From the NCBI GenBank assembly GCA_031408275.1, contig JANNWA010000027.1, forward strand, positions 1 through 59,460: a DNA stretch of 59,460 nucleotides, in the 5' to 3' direction. The stretch is from Pseudomonadota bacterium. Its GTDB lineage: Bacteria; Pseudomonadota; Gammaproteobacteria; Burkholderiales; SG8-39. Made by a program: the position numbers and the translations under genes. The notes beneath the pieces were generated by a model. It had not been told where the DNA came from, did not search any database, and worked only from the letters and a program-made list of their open reading frames with translations. Shown piece by piece: positions 47,136-56,945 of the stretch; the stretch's first letter is position 1; each line of letters begins with the position of its first letter.

Positions 47136-47597
47136 TCAGGCGATGATGAAGAGGGGCTGCCCGTACTCCACCGGCTGGCCGCTCTCGACCAATATCGCCT
47201 TGACCGTACCGGACTTGTCGCACTCGATCTCGTTCATCAGTTTCATCGCTTCGATGATGCAGATGATCTGGCCTTCCTTGACTGCCTGGCCGACTTCGAC
47301 GAACGCCTTGGCATCCGGGGACGGGGTGCGGTAGAAGGTGCCGACCATCGGGGATTTGACCGGGTGTCCGTCCTGGGCAGCCTCACCTTGCTCCGGACCG
47401 GGGGCGCTGGGTGGGGCCGGCGCAGCCGCAGGGGCCGGGGCGGGCGGCGGGTTGGCCACGGCAGGCGCGGCTGCGACGGCGGGCGCCACGCCGCTCTTCA
47501 CGATTTTGACCTTCTCCTCGCCCTCGGTGATTTCGAGCTCCGCAATGCCCGATTCCTCGACCAGGTCGATCAGTTTCTTCAGTTTTCTCAGGTCCAT
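47136..47597 (-). CDS. accB: Acetyl-CoA carboxylase biotin carboxyl carrier protein
   Basis: 153 aa from ATG 47597: [23 protein letters not shown], an Ala/Pro linker, and the biotinylation motif [10 protein letters not shown]. Confidence 0.95.
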   Translation of the reverse strand: MDLRKLKKLIDLVEESGIAELEITEGEEKVKIVKSGVAPAVAAAPAVANPPPAPAPAAAPAPPSAPGPEQGEAAQDGHPVKSPMVGTFYRTPSPDAKAFVEVGQAVKEGQIICIIEAMKLMNEIECDKSGTVKAILVESGQPVEYGQPLFIIA

Positions 47598-47601
47598 GGT
47601 T

Positions 47602-48090
47602 TTACTCCTGGCCGCGCAGCAGGGCATAGGCGAGAGCGAGGTCGTATCCTCGGCTCCCGAGCCCGCAGATGGTCCCGACAGCGATGTCGGAAACGAACGA
47701 ACGGTGCCGGAAAGCCTCCCGGGCGTTCACGTTGGATAAGTGCACTTCGATGAACGGGATATTCACACCCGCAAGGGCGTCGCGGATCGCGACGCTCGTG
47801 TGCGTGTAGGCAGCCGGGTTGATGACGATGAAGCAGACCCCTTCGCGACCAGCCTGCTGGATGCGGTCAACGAGCGCCCCCTCATGGTTGCTCTGGAAGC
47901 ACTGGATATTCACCCCCGCGCTTTGGCCCGCGCCGACGAGGCGGATGTTGATGTCCTGCAGAGACTCGCGGCCATAGATTTCCGGCTGGCGGGTGCCAAG
48001 CAGGTTCAGGTTCGGACCGTGCAGTACGAGGATGGCCGCGACTTTCTTGGAAACCGGCTTTTTCAATCTTTTCCCCGGAAATGGGAGCAT
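47602..48090 (-). CDS. aroQ: Type II 3-dehydroquinate dehydratase
   Basis: [43 protein letters not shown]. The N-terminal start is uncertain (ATG 48090, or an internal TTG). Confidence 0.93.
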   Translation of the reverse strand: MLPFPGKRLKKPVSKKVAAILVLHGPNLNLLGTRQPEIYGRESLQDINIRLVGAGQSAGVNIQCFQSNHEGALVDRIQQAGREGVCFIVINPAAYTHTSVAIRDALAGVNIPFIEVHLSNVNAREAFRHRSFVSDIAVGTICGLGSRGYDLALAYALLRGQE

Positions 48091-48139
48091 TTTAGCGTAC
48101 TTAGGCTACAACACCGTTCAAGGAGGCTTTGGCCGTGCC

Positions 48140-48664
48140 TCAGGCTGAGACCATCGGCCTGAGTTGATCCTCGATCTTCTGCTCGGTTATGGCGCCGAGG
48201 TTGCGATGGGCTATCCCGCCTTTGCGATCAAGCACCACTGTAAACGGAAGTCCCCCGCTGGGGTTTCCGAGTTTGCGAACCAGATCAAGCCCGCTAGCAT
48301 CAGCGATGAGCAAAGGGTAGCTTATATGCACGTTACGTGCAAATTCCACTACTTTAGCTACATTATCAATGGCGATACCTATAAATTCGACTCCTGACGC
48401 GAGCATCTTGTCGCGCGCGCGGACAAGGGCGGGGATCTCCTCGCGGCATGGGGGACACCAGGTTGCCCAGAAATTGACCACCAGAATGCGTCCTTGCCAC
48501 TCACCCAGGGTCCTCGGCTTCCCCGACAAATCCGCCAGTGGTGCCCTGAGCAGCGGAGTCGCGTCTCCCGGGGAACTTGCAAGCCAAGGGCCGGCCACCA
48601 CCCCGGCTACGGCGGCCGCAACTCCGACCCCGAGCATCACGAGGGTTTCACGCCGATCAGGCAT
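48140..48664 (-). CDS. TlpA/ResA-family periplasmic thiol:disulfide oxidoreductase
   Basis: 174 aa from ATG 48664. TM/signal anchor, then the thioredoxin motif NFWATWCPPCREEIP. It overlaps the upstream gene stop by 8 nt. Confidence 0.85.
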   Translation of the reverse strand: MPDRRETLVMLGVGVAAAVAGVVAGPWLASSPGDATPLLRAPLADLSGKPRTLGEWQGRILVVNFWATWCPPCREEIPALVRARDKMLASGVEFIGIAIDNVAKVVEFARNVHISYPLLIADASGLDLVRKLGNPSGGLPFTVVLDRKGGIAHRNLGAITEQKIEDQLRPMVSA

Positions 48665-49268
48665 CGGCGCCACCGACCATCGCGCTGACTTCGGGGATTC
48701 CCGCCCGCTCCATGACTTTTCCCACTTGGGTGGTTTTGAGGGTGATGCGCTCATCCCGTGAATCAAACAGTGAAAGCTTCACAGGCGCATCCTCCCACTC
48801 GAGCTCGAGGATCGTGACCGAGCGGGCACGGTCGCCAGAGTACCGGCGCGCTTCCGCTGAACTGAACTGGATGTTGCGATTGAGCAGGAAGATCTCGACA
48901 TCCTTGCCGCTGTCCGGGAACAACTGAAGCTCGATGTCCGAATACGGGCCTGCTATCCCCCTGAGGACCGGGCCAGTAAGGTACGGCGTAAACTCCTCGA
49001 GTTCGCGCATCATGGAGAGCGCAATCCGGCGCAGCTCGCGAATCCGGTCGGGGTGCTCGTCGGCCTGATAGAGGTCCAGGTAGGTGCGCAACTCGGCCTC
49101 GATCTCCTCATTACCGGGTAAAGCCTGTTTGTCGGTTGCGCCAAGCTGGCGCGCCGCCTTGCGCTTGGCAAGCGCGAAATTGTCAATGCCGCCCTCTGCC
49201 ATGATGCGCGCCGCGGCTGCTGCAATGGCGGCACGCATCCCGTTCTGCCTGGGGCGATTCCGAGTCAT
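48657..49268 (-). CDS. Conserved hypothetical protein with a possible minimal nucleotidyltransferase (pol-beta-like) motif
   Basis: 203 aa. TGPVLRGIAGPYSDIELQLF fits the G-x(9-13)-D-h-[DE]-h NTase pattern. There is no other recognisable signature, so the function is inference only. Confidence 0.55.
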   Translation of the reverse strand: MTRNRPRQNGMRAAIAAAAARIMAEGGIDNFALAKRKAARQLGATDKQALPGNEEIEAELRTYLDLYQADEHPDRIRELRRIALSMMRELEEFTPYLTGPVLRGIAGPYSDIELQLFPDSGKDVEIFLLNRNIQFSSAEARRYSGDRARSVTILELEWEDAPVKLSLFDSRDERITLKTTQVGKVMERAGIPEVSAMVGGADA

Positions 49269-49369
49269 GGGGTGTGGTCACTCAAGCTGACCCTCAAATA
49301 ATACCTCGACCGCGGAGATACAGCTAAATCGACTACAATCGACGCTCTTTCGCTGCACGTTTTCTGCGG

Positions 49370-50725
49370 ATGGCTGCGCAACACCTGCATATTCTCGGCA
49401 TTTGCGGCACTTTCATGGGCGGCATCGCCGCGCTCGCCAAGGCGGCCGGATACCGGGTGACCGGCTGCGACGCCAATGTCTACCCACCCATGAGCGACCA
49501 GTTGCGCTCGCTGGGCATCGAGCTGATCGATGGTTACGCGGCGGATCAGCTTTCCCTGCGGCCTGACATCTGGGTGGTGGGCAACGTCGTCACCCGTGGC
49601 AATCCGCTCATGGAGGCGATTCTCGATCGGAGCGATGCATATACGTCGGGACCGCAGTGGCTTTCAGAGCATATTCTTTGCAGTAAGTGGGTGCTTGCAG
49701 TCGCCGGCACGCACGGAAAGACCACTACTGCGGCGATGTTGGCCTGGATTCTAGAGGATTCGGGCCGGAACCCCGGATTCCTGATCGGGGGGGTGCCACG
49801 AAACTTTCCCGTTTCGGCACGGCTTACGGCCTCCACGCTGTTCGTGATCGAGGCCGATGAATACGACACAGCATTTTTCGACAAGCGCTCCAAGTTTGTC
49901 CACTATCGCCCAAAAACCGCGATCCTGAATAATTTGGAATTCGATCATGCAGACATCTTCGGCGATATCGGGGATATTGAGCGGCAATTTCATCACTTTG
50001 TTCGAATTGTGCCCAGATCGGGACGGTTGGTTGTAAACGGTGCCGACCCTGCCCTTGCGCGGGTACTTGAAAATGGCGTGTGGACTCCGGTCGATTTTTT
50101 TGGTGTTGCGGCTGGCTGGATGGCTGGCGCCGCTGATGCGGACGGCAGCTTCGAAGTCCTTAAAGGGGGCCGCTCCCTGGGTCGGGTGCATTGGGAACTG
50201 CAGGGGGAGCACAACCGTCTTAATGCGCTTGCGGCGATTGCGGCTGCGGCGCACGCGGGTGTGGACCCGGACCGGGCCATTGCGGGCCTGGCCGGGTTCC
50301 AAAGCGTAAAGCGCCGCATGGAACTGCGCGGCATCGCAGGCGGGGTGGCCGTCTACGATGACTTCGCCCACCATCCAACCGCCATCCGGACCACCCTCGA
50401 AGGGTTGCGCCGCAAGGTCGGCAAGGCGCGCATCCTGGCAGTACTCGAGCCGCGCTCGAACACAATGAAGCTCGGCGTGATGAAGGCGGCGCTGCCCGCA
50501 AGTGTTGCGGATGCGGACAAAGTGTTCGTTTTCGGCGCAAATCTCGGTTGGGATGCCGAAGAGGTGTTTGCCTCCCTGGGAGGCAGGGTCGCGTGCTCGA
50601 CGGAACTGGGCGCGCTGGTGGAGGCTGTCGCCCTGGAGGCCCGTCCCGGGGACCAGGTGCTGGTGATGTCCAACGGTGGCTTCGGCGGCGTCCACGAGAA
50701 ACTTCTCTCCCGGCTGGCGCAGTGA
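49370..50725 (+). CDS. mpl: UDP-N-acetylmuramate:L-alanyl-gamma-D-glutamyl-meso-diaminopimelate ligase
   Basis: 451 aa: HILGICGTFMGGIAALAKAAGYRVTGCDANVYPPMS, P-loop AGTHGKTTT. Mur ligase architecture. Confidence 0.93.
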   Translation: MAAQHLHILGICGTFMGGIAALAKAAGYRVTGCDANVYPPMSDQLRSLGIELIDGYAADQLSLRPDIWVVGNVVTRGNPLMEAILDRSDAYTSGPQWLSEHILCSKWVLAVAGTHGKTTTAAMLAWILEDSGRNPGFLIGGVPRNFPVSARLTASTLFVIEADEYDTAFFDKRSKFVHYRPKTAILNNLEFDHADIFGDIGDIERQFHHFVRIVPRSGRLVVNGADPALARVLENGVWTPVDFFGVAAGWMAGAADADGSFEVLKGGRSLGRVHWELQGEHNRLNALAAIAAAAHAGVDPDRAIAGLAGFQSVKRRMELRGIAGGVAVYDDFAHHPTAIRTTLEGLRRKVGKARILAVLEPRSNTMKLGVMKAALPASVADADKVFVFGANLGWDAEEVFASLGGRVACSTELGALVEAVALEARPGDQVLVMSNGGFGGVHEKLLSRLAQ

Positions 50726-51291
50726 TCGTCTACCTGCACGGATTCAACAGCGCGCCCGCCTCCCACAAGGCTCGCACGATGGCCGCATTCATCGAAGAAC
50801 GGGGCTTGGGCGAAGAGTTCGTCTGCCCAGCCCTGCCGCACCGGCCGGAGGAGGCGATCGGCCTGGTCGAGGCGCTGGTTGCCGCGCACGCGCCGCACAA
50901 CCTCACTTTCGTGGGCAGTTCCCTGGGCGGTTTCTACGCGACATGGCTCGCCGAGAAGCACGCCTGCCGAGCAATCCTGATCCAGCCGGCGGTACTCCCG
51001 CATGTCGGACTCGAGCAGTATCTGGGGCCGCAGAAAAACCTGTACACAGGCGTCGAATACGAACTGACCCGCGCGCACCTCGATGGCTGGCGCGCCCTGC
51101 ACGTCGACGCAATCGACCCCGAGCGTTACCTGCTGCTCCTGGAAACCGGTGACGAGGTGCTCGACTATCGAGACGCGGTGCGCAAGTACGAGGGCGCCCG
51201 GATGGTCATACGCCAGGGCGGCGACCACATGATGCAAAGCTTTCCGGAGCACCTGCCCCGCATGCTGCGTTTCTCGGGACTTACTTCCTGA
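50722..51291 (+). CDS. yqiA: YqiA-like alpha/beta hydrolase (UPF0227 esterase)
   Basis: 189 aa from GTG 50722 (GTGA overlap with the mpl stop): IVYLHGFNSAP, nucleophile elbow GSSLGG, GGDHMM. Confidence 0.82.
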   Translation: MIVYLHGFNSAPASHKARTMAAFIEERGLGEEFVCPALPHRPEEAIGLVEALVAAHAPHNLTFVGSSLGGFYATWLAEKHACRAILIQPAVLPHVGLEQYLGPQKNLYTGVEYELTRAHLDGWRALHVDAIDPERYLLLLETGDEVLDYRDAVRKYEGARMVIRQGGDHMMQSFPEHLPRMLRFSGLTS

Positions 51292-52426
51292 TTTCCTTCC
51301 AGGGCTTGGCCTTGCCGCCCAGGGAGTAGCGCGCGACTGCCTTTTCGTCGAACCCGAACCCGAGCCCGGGGCGGGTCGGCAGCTTGAGCATGCCGTCCTT
51401 GAACTCGAGTTGGCGGTCGACCAGGCGGCGGAAATTCAGCACCTGGTCGTCCGTGAAGAACTCCACCATGCGCGCGTTCGGCGTTGACGCGACCAGGTGC
51501 ACGTGCAGGTCATGGAACCAATGGGGACAAACCGTAACCCCGTAGCTTGCCGCCGTTGCTGCGATGCGTCTCCACTCCGTGATTCCTCCGCAGACCGCGG
51601 CGTCATGCTGGAGGATGGCGGCCCCGCCTTTTTCCATGAGTTCCTTGAAGTACCAGCGACCCACCCCGATCTCGCCGGTCGCCACGGTTATTTTCGTCGC
51701 CCGGGCCAAGCGCGCGTGGCTGTCGATGTCGTCCGGCCCGAACGGTTCCTCGATCCAGTACGGGTCGTACTTTTCGTACCGCTTCACGTGCTCCAGCGCC
51801 GTGGGCAGGTCCTGCCAGGCGTTGTTCGCGTCAAGCGTCAACAGCACGTCGGGGCCGATCGCCTCGCGCGCAGCCCGCACACGCGCTTCCTCTTCGGCGG
51901 GCGAGAGGCGGCCCACCTTCATCTTCACGGACTTGAACCCAAGCTTCACGTATCCGGCCATCTCCGCCCCCAGCTTCTTCGGCGTTTTGCCTTCGAGGTA
52001 GTAGCCCCCGGAGGCATATGCAGGCACGGCGGTTTCGGCGTATCCGCCAAGGTAGCGGTGCAGCGGCAGCTTCACGCTGCGCGCATTGAGATCCCACAGG
52101 GCGGTATCCAGAATGCTGATCGCGCGCATCACCGCGCCCGAGCGTCCCTGGAGGAGGGACTCCTGGAACATGTCCTGCCACAGGCCCTCGGTCCGGGTTG
52201 ACTCCTGGCCGAGCAGCCTGGGCGCCAGCAGTTCCTCGACGGCATGCGCGACGAGGGACCCGGCCGAAGATCCCGCGTAGCAGAACCCGATGCCTTCGAC
52301 GCCGTCTGTCGAACGCACTTTCACCAGGCCGTAGTCCCGGGCGCTCACGCTGCGGGTGGCAAATGCGGTCACGTGGTCCAGCGGGACGCGGGCGGTGCAT
52401 ACGGAAATGGAGGCGATCTTGGGCAT
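51281..52426 (-). CDS. Enolase-superfamily enzyme (mandelate racemase/muconate lactonizing family)
   Basis: 381 aa from ATG 52426: KMKVG, LTLDANNAW, YWIEEP, ATGE metal-ligand contexts. Substrate unknown. Confidence 0.85.
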   Translation of the reverse strand: MPKIASISVCTARVPLDHVTAFATRSVSARDYGLVKVRSTDGVEGIGFCYAGSSAGSLVAHAVEELLAPRLLGQESTRTEGLWQDMFQESLLQGRSGAVMRAISILDTALWDLNARSVKLPLHRYLGGYAETAVPAYASGGYYLEGKTPKKLGAEMAGYVKLGFKSVKMKVGRLSPAEEEARVRAAREAIGPDVLLTLDANNAWQDLPTALEHVKRYEKYDPYWIEEPFGPDDIDSHARLARATKITVATGEIGVGRWYFKELMEKGGAAILQHDAAVCGGITEWRRIAATAASYGVTVCPHWFHDLHVHLVASTPNARMVEFFTDDQVLNFRRLVDRQLEFKDGMLKLPTRPGLGFGFDEKAVARYSLGGKAKPWKEIRK

Positions 52427-52528
52427 GGGCGGTCTGCTCCGGGGGGAGCGCAGCGGGGTGAGGGGGAGAAAAGGATAACGCAAGCGGGCGTCGTCCCGCG
52501 TATCATTCCGCCTTTTCGAATGCCAGCG

Positions 52529-54412
52529 ATGCATCTCCTATACGAGGAAGACGGCGACATCAAGGCGGGCACGGTACTTGCGCCGGGCACGGCTTCGTAT
52601 CAGGTCGAGACGCCGCATGGCCGCCGCACTAAAGTGAAGGCCTCGCATGTGGTGCTGTCGTTCGACGCCCCGGGCGCGGCGGAACTGCTCGCGAGTGCAG
52701 GCGCCTACGCCGCAAAGCTGGACGCGGATTTCCTGTGGCAATGCGCCGGCCCTGCGGAGTTCGGCTTCCAGGACATTGCGCGCGAGTACGTGGGCCGCGA
52801 GCCGGACGCGGTGGAATCGGCCGGCGTGCTGATCAAACTGCATTCGGTGCCCATGTATTTCTACCGGCGCGGCAGGGGCCGCTTCCAGGCGGCGCCGGAA
52901 GCCACGCTCAAGGCCGCCCTGGCGGGCCTGGAAAAAAAGCGCCTGCAAGCCGAGAAGGCCGCCGAACACACGGCGCGCCTCGTCGGCGGAAAATTTCCCG
53001 AGGAACTACGGCCCTTGCGCGACGAACTCCTGTACAAGCCGGACCGCAACCGGATCGAAGCGAAAGCGGTGGAGGCGGCCTGCCGCGAAACCGGGCTGTC
53101 GGTGGCGCGCCTGTTCGAGCAGGCCGGCGCGCTGCCCTCGAGCCACGACTACCACATCAACCGTTTCCTGTTCGAATACTTTCCCTCCGGGACCGGATTT
53201 CCGGCGCACGAGCCGCCGGCGCTGCCTGAAGACCTGCCCCTCGCGGAAGCGCCGGTGTACTCGCTTGACGACGTGGGCACGACCGAGATCGACGACGCGT
53301 TCTCGGTGCGCCGGGTGTCCGCGGATGAATTCCGCATCGGCGTGCACATCGCGGCGCCTGCGCTCGGATTCACGCCCGGTTCAGCGATCGATGCGATCGC
53401 CCGGGAGCGGCTGTCGACGGTCTACATGCCCGGTCAGAAGATCACCATGCTGCCGGCGGACGTAATCGAACGGTATTCGCTCGACGCGGGCAGCGAGCGG
53501 CCCGCGGTGTCGATCTACTTCAACGTGGCGGCAAGCGATTTCTCGATTCGCGGCCACCACTCGCGCCTGGAGCGCGTGAAGGTCGGCGGGAACTTGCGCC
53601 ATGTGGACTATGCGGCGCTCAACGAACTGCTGCCGGCCGGGGGCAAGGCCGGGCTGGAGTACGAGGACGAGCTCGGGACGCTCTGGAACTTCGCGAACGC
53701 GCTCGAGGCGAAGCGCGGCAAGCCGAGCGTCAACGCCGGCATGGTCGACTACAACTTCAACGTGGATGGCGAGCACATAAGCATTGTCCCGCGCACGCGC
53801 GGCGCCCCGCTGGACAAGCTGGTGGCCGAGTTGATGATTCTCGCCAACTCGACGTGGGGGGGGTTTCTCGCAGAGCGGGACGTCGCGGCGCTGTATCGCG
53901 TCCAGTCGTCGGGAAAGGTGCGGATGAGCGTGCACGGCGAGGCGCATGACGGTCTGGGCGTCTCATGCTACGCGTGGATGAGTTCGCCGCTGCGCCGTTA
54001 CGTGGACCTCGTCAACCAGTGGCAGCTCGCGGCCAGCCTCACCGGCAAGCGCGCACCCTTTGCGCGTAACTCGGACACGCTGCTGTCCGCGCTGCGGGCG
54101 TTCGAGGTCGTGTATGCACGCTACGACGAGCACCAGCGCGACATGGAGCGCTACTGGTGCCTGCGCTGGCTGCAGCAGGAAAACGTGTTGGCCTGCGAGG
54201 CCACCGTTGTGCGCGAAGCTATGGTGCGGCTCGACGGGTTGCCCCTGCTGGTGCGTGTGCCGTCGCTGCCCGACCTGTTCCCGGGGGTGAGGGTGAGCGT
54301 GCAGATAAGCGATATCGACCTGCTGGACAAGACCCTCTTGTGCACCTGGCAGGGTACCCTCGGCGTACCCGCGGCGGGGGAGCCGGTGGAGGATGCGCAG
54401 GAGGCCCTTTAA
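52529..54412 (+). CDS. RNB-domain exoribonuclease (RNase II family)
   Basis: 627 aa from ATG 52529 (MHLLYEEDGDIKAG). RNB motif I DDVGTTEIDDAFSV, later SSPLRRYVDLVNQWQL. Confidence 0.85.
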   Translation: MHLLYEEDGDIKAGTVLAPGTASYQVETPHGRRTKVKASHVVLSFDAPGAAELLASAGAYAAKLDADFLWQCAGPAEFGFQDIAREYVGREPDAVESAGVLIKLHSVPMYFYRRGRGRFQAAPEATLKAALAGLEKKRLQAEKAAEHTARLVGGKFPEELRPLRDELLYKPDRNRIEAKAVEAACRETGLSVARLFEQAGALPSSHDYHINRFLFEYFPSGTGFPAHEPPALPEDLPLAEAPVYSLDDVGTTEIDDAFSVRRVSADEFRIGVHIAAPALGFTPGSAIDAIARERLSTVYMPGQKITMLPADVIERYSLDAGSERPAVSIYFNVAASDFSIRGHHSRLERVKVGGNLRHVDYAALNELLPAGGKAGLEYEDELGTLWNFANALEAKRGKPSVNAGMVDYNFNVDGEHISIVPRTRGAPLDKLVAELMILANSTWGGFLAERDVAALYRVQSSGKVRMSVHGEAHDGLGVSCYAWMSSPLRRYVDLVNQWQLAASLTGKRAPFARNSDTLLSALRAFEVVYARYDEHQRDMERYWCLRWLQQENVLACEATVVREAMVRLDGLPLLVRVPSLPDLFPGVRVSVQISDIDLLDKTLLCTWQGTLGVPAAGEPVEDAQEAL

Positions 54413-54478
54413 TGGGCCTACAATATTGCGTCCCAATTGCCAGAGGCAGCTTTGTCGGCCGCTAGTGCGACAACCCTG

Positions 54479-55387
54479 ATGCGCCTGCCTGAACGAATGT
54501 CTGCCTATCTGCACGGAACGTGGGATGGCATGGACCGGCAGACCCGCCTGCTGACTGGGTCCGTGGGGGTCTCGCTGCTCCTGCACGCGATACTGCTCTC
54601 CATTCACTTCAAGTTTCCCGAAGCGCTGAAGTTTTCGTCCACGCAGCCGCTCGAGGTGATCCTCGTCAACGCGAAGACCAAGGAGCGGCCCTCGAAGGCG
54701 CAGGCGCTCGCCCAGGCGAATCTGGACGGCGGCGGGAACACGGACCAGGACCGCCGCGCAAAGACGCCGCTGCCGGTCACCAAGGCGACTGAAGGCAAGG
54801 ACCTCGCCCAGGCCCAGCGCCGCGTCCAGGAGCTCGAAGCGCAGCAGCAGCGCCTGCTGGCGCTCGCAAAATCCGCGCCGCCGGTTGCGGCCAGCGAATC
54901 GCAGCGCCAGTCGCCGGCCGAGGAGGCGACCGCGCAGCCCACCGGGCGGGACCTGCGCGAACTGGCCCTTGCCGCGATGAAGCTGCAGGCGCAGATCGAC
55001 AAGCGCCAGGAGGAATACCAGAAGCGGCCCCGCAAGCAGTTCATCGGCGCAAACGCTTCCGAATATCGCTTCGCGCAGTACGAGGAAGAGTGGCGCAACA
55101 AGGTCGAGCGTGTCGGCACGCTTCATTACCCGGCCGAAGCGCGCGGCAAAATCTACGGCAACCTGCGCCTGGAAGTCACCCTTCGGCCGGACGGGAACGT
55201 GGAATCCGTCCGCCTGGAACGCTCTTCCGGGCTCAAGGTGCTCGATGATGCGGCGTTTCGCATCGTGCGGATGGCCGCGCCGTACGGAGAGTTTCCCCCG
55301 GATATCCGTAAGGACACGGACCTGCTGATCATTACCCGCACCTGGTTCTTCGGCCAGGGCGACGCGGTCTGGACCAAGCGGGACTGA
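54479..55387 (+). CDS. TonB C-terminal-domain protein (energy transducer TonB family)
   Basis: One TM (SVGVSLLLHAILLSIHF), a charged/Gln-rich coiled linker, and a TonB-C-like end YPAEARGKIYGNLRLEVTLRPDGNVESVRLERSSGLKVLDDAA. The start is uncertain: TTG 54437, or ATG at 54479, 54497 or 54530. Confidence 0.7.
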   Translation: MRLPERMSAYLHGTWDGMDRQTRLLTGSVGVSLLLHAILLSIHFKFPEALKFSSTQPLEVILVNAKTKERPSKAQALAQANLDGGGNTDQDRRAKTPLPVTKATEGKDLAQAQRRVQELEAQQQRLLALAKSAPPVAASESQRQSPAEEATAQPTGRDLRELALAAMKLQAQIDKRQEEYQKRPRKQFIGANASEYRFAQYEEEWRNKVERVGTLHYPAEARGKIYGNLRLEVTLRPDGNVESVRLERSSGLKVLDDAAFRIVRMAAPYGEFPPDIRKDTDLLIITRTWFFGQGDAVWTKRD

Positions 55388-55391
55388 GCGC

Positions 55392-56195
55392 GTGCCCGAC
55401 CGATATGCGGTGATCGGAAACCCGGTCGCCCACTCCAGATCACCCTGGATCCACGCCCGGTTTGCTCTGGAGACCGGGGAGGATGTGGCCTACGAATCAC
55501 TGCTTGCCCCGCTGGATGGGTTTGCCGCGACCGTCGCGGCGTTTCGGGCGGGGGGCGGCAAGGGCGTAAACGTCACGCTGCCCTTCAAGGAGGAGGCCAG
55601 CGCTCTTTCCGCGCACCTGTCCGAACGCGCGCAGGCTGCGCAGGCGGTCAACACCCTGCTCTTCACGACCGCGGGCATACGCGGAGACAACACCGACGGC
55701 TACGGGCTGGTGCGCGACCTCGCCGTCAATCAGGGATTTGCGATCTCCGGCCGCCGGGTCCTGCTGGCGGGTGCCGGGGGGGCGGCGCGCGGCGTGCTGC
55801 TTCCACTGCTGGGCGAGCGCCCTTCGGCGCTGGTCATTGCCAATCGAGACGTCAGCAAGGGACGCGCGCTTGCCAGCCGGTTTGCAGGCGTAAGCGCCTG
55901 CGGCTACGCAGATCTCGCCGGGGAGCGTTTCGACCTCGTGATCAACGCCACTTCGGCAGGCCTGGCTGATGCCGCGCTGCCCCTGCCCCGGGGAATATTC
56001 CTGCCCGGATCGCTCGCCTACGACATGGTGTATGGGCGGGATACCGCATTCATGCGCCAGGCGCGCGCCGACGGTGCCGGAAGGGCCGCGGACGGGCTCG
56101 GGATGCTGGTCGAACAGGCTGCAGAGTCCTTTTTCCTCTGGCGGGGCGTGCGGCCCGGGACCGCGCATGTGCTTGCCGACCTGCGCGCGGCCTGA
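55392..56195 (+). CDS. aroE: Shikimate dehydrogenase
   Basis: 267 aa: YAVIGNPVAHSRSPWIH, NVTLPFKEEA, GDNTDGYG, GAGGAARG. Confidence 0.93.
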   Translation: MPDRYAVIGNPVAHSRSPWIHARFALETGEDVAYESLLAPLDGFAATVAAFRAGGGKGVNVTLPFKEEASALSAHLSERAQAAQAVNTLLFTTAGIRGDNTDGYGLVRDLAVNQGFAISGRRVLLAGAGGAARGVLLPLLGERPSALVIANRDVSKGRALASRFAGVSACGYADLAGERFDLVINATSAGLADAALPLPRGIFLPGSLAYDMVYGRDTAFMRQARADGAGRAADGLGMLVEQAAESFFLWRGVRPGTAHVLADLRAA

Positions 56196-56201
56196 GGCCG
56201 C

Positions 56202-56906
56202 ATGCGGTTCCTGCGCGCAGCATGGAAATCCTTCTGCTACGGCCTGGGCGCGCTGGTGGTCGCAGTGCTGCTGGTGCAGGGATGGTTCTACGTGCACATC
56301 TGGTGGTGGTCGGGTCACAACCCCGCGTCGACGGCATTCATGGACGCCCGGCTCGCGACATTGCAACAGAAGGATCCGAAGGCGGCCCTGAAGCACCAGT
56401 GGGCAAATTACGGCCGGGTGTCCGTCAACCTCAAGAAGGCCGTCGTCGCCGCGGAGGACGCGAAGTTCGTCGACCACGAGGGCTTCGATTGGGAGGGCAT
56501 CCAGAAAGCGCTCGAGAAAAACGAAAAGAAGGGAAAGGTGGTGGCGGGTGGATCCACCATCAGCCAGCAGCTGGCCAAGAACCTCCTCCTTTCGGGCAGC
56601 CGCTCATGGCTCAGGAAGGGCCAGGAAGCGGTCATTACCTGGATGCTCGAGTCGACAATGGACAAGCGGCGCATCCTCGAGCTGTACCTGAACGTGGCTG
56701 AGTGGGGTGACGGCGTATTCGGGGCGGAGGCCGCAGCGCGCCACTACTTCGGCATCCCGGCGGCACAGCTCTCCGCGCAGCAGGCGGCGTGGCTGGCGGC
56801 GATCCTCCCGGCGCCGCAGCGCTACGATCGCAACCGCGGCTCCGCGTTTATCGCGAAGAAGGCCGAGGTGATCCTGGCGCGCATGCCCGGAGCCCAGATT
56901 CCCTGA
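56202..56906 (+). CDS. mtgA: Monofunctional biosynthetic peptidoglycan transglycosylase
   Basis: 234 aa with GT51 motifs: AAEDAKFVDHEGFDW, GGSTISQQLAKN, RKGQEAVITWMLE. Confidence 0.93.
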   Translation: MRFLRAAWKSFCYGLGALVVAVLLVQGWFYVHIWWWSGHNPASTAFMDARLATLQQKDPKAALKHQWANYGRVSVNLKKAVVAAEDAKFVDHEGFDWEGIQKALEKNEKKGKVVAGGSTISQQLAKNLLLSGSRSWLRKGQEAVITWMLESTMDKRRILELYLNVAEWGDGVFGAEAAARHYFGIPAAQLSAQQAAWLAAILPAPQRYDRNRGSAFIAKKAEVILARMPGAQIP

Positions 56907-56945
56907 CCGTGCCCGCCCGTCACGGCGTGCGGGGCGCGTGCGTGA

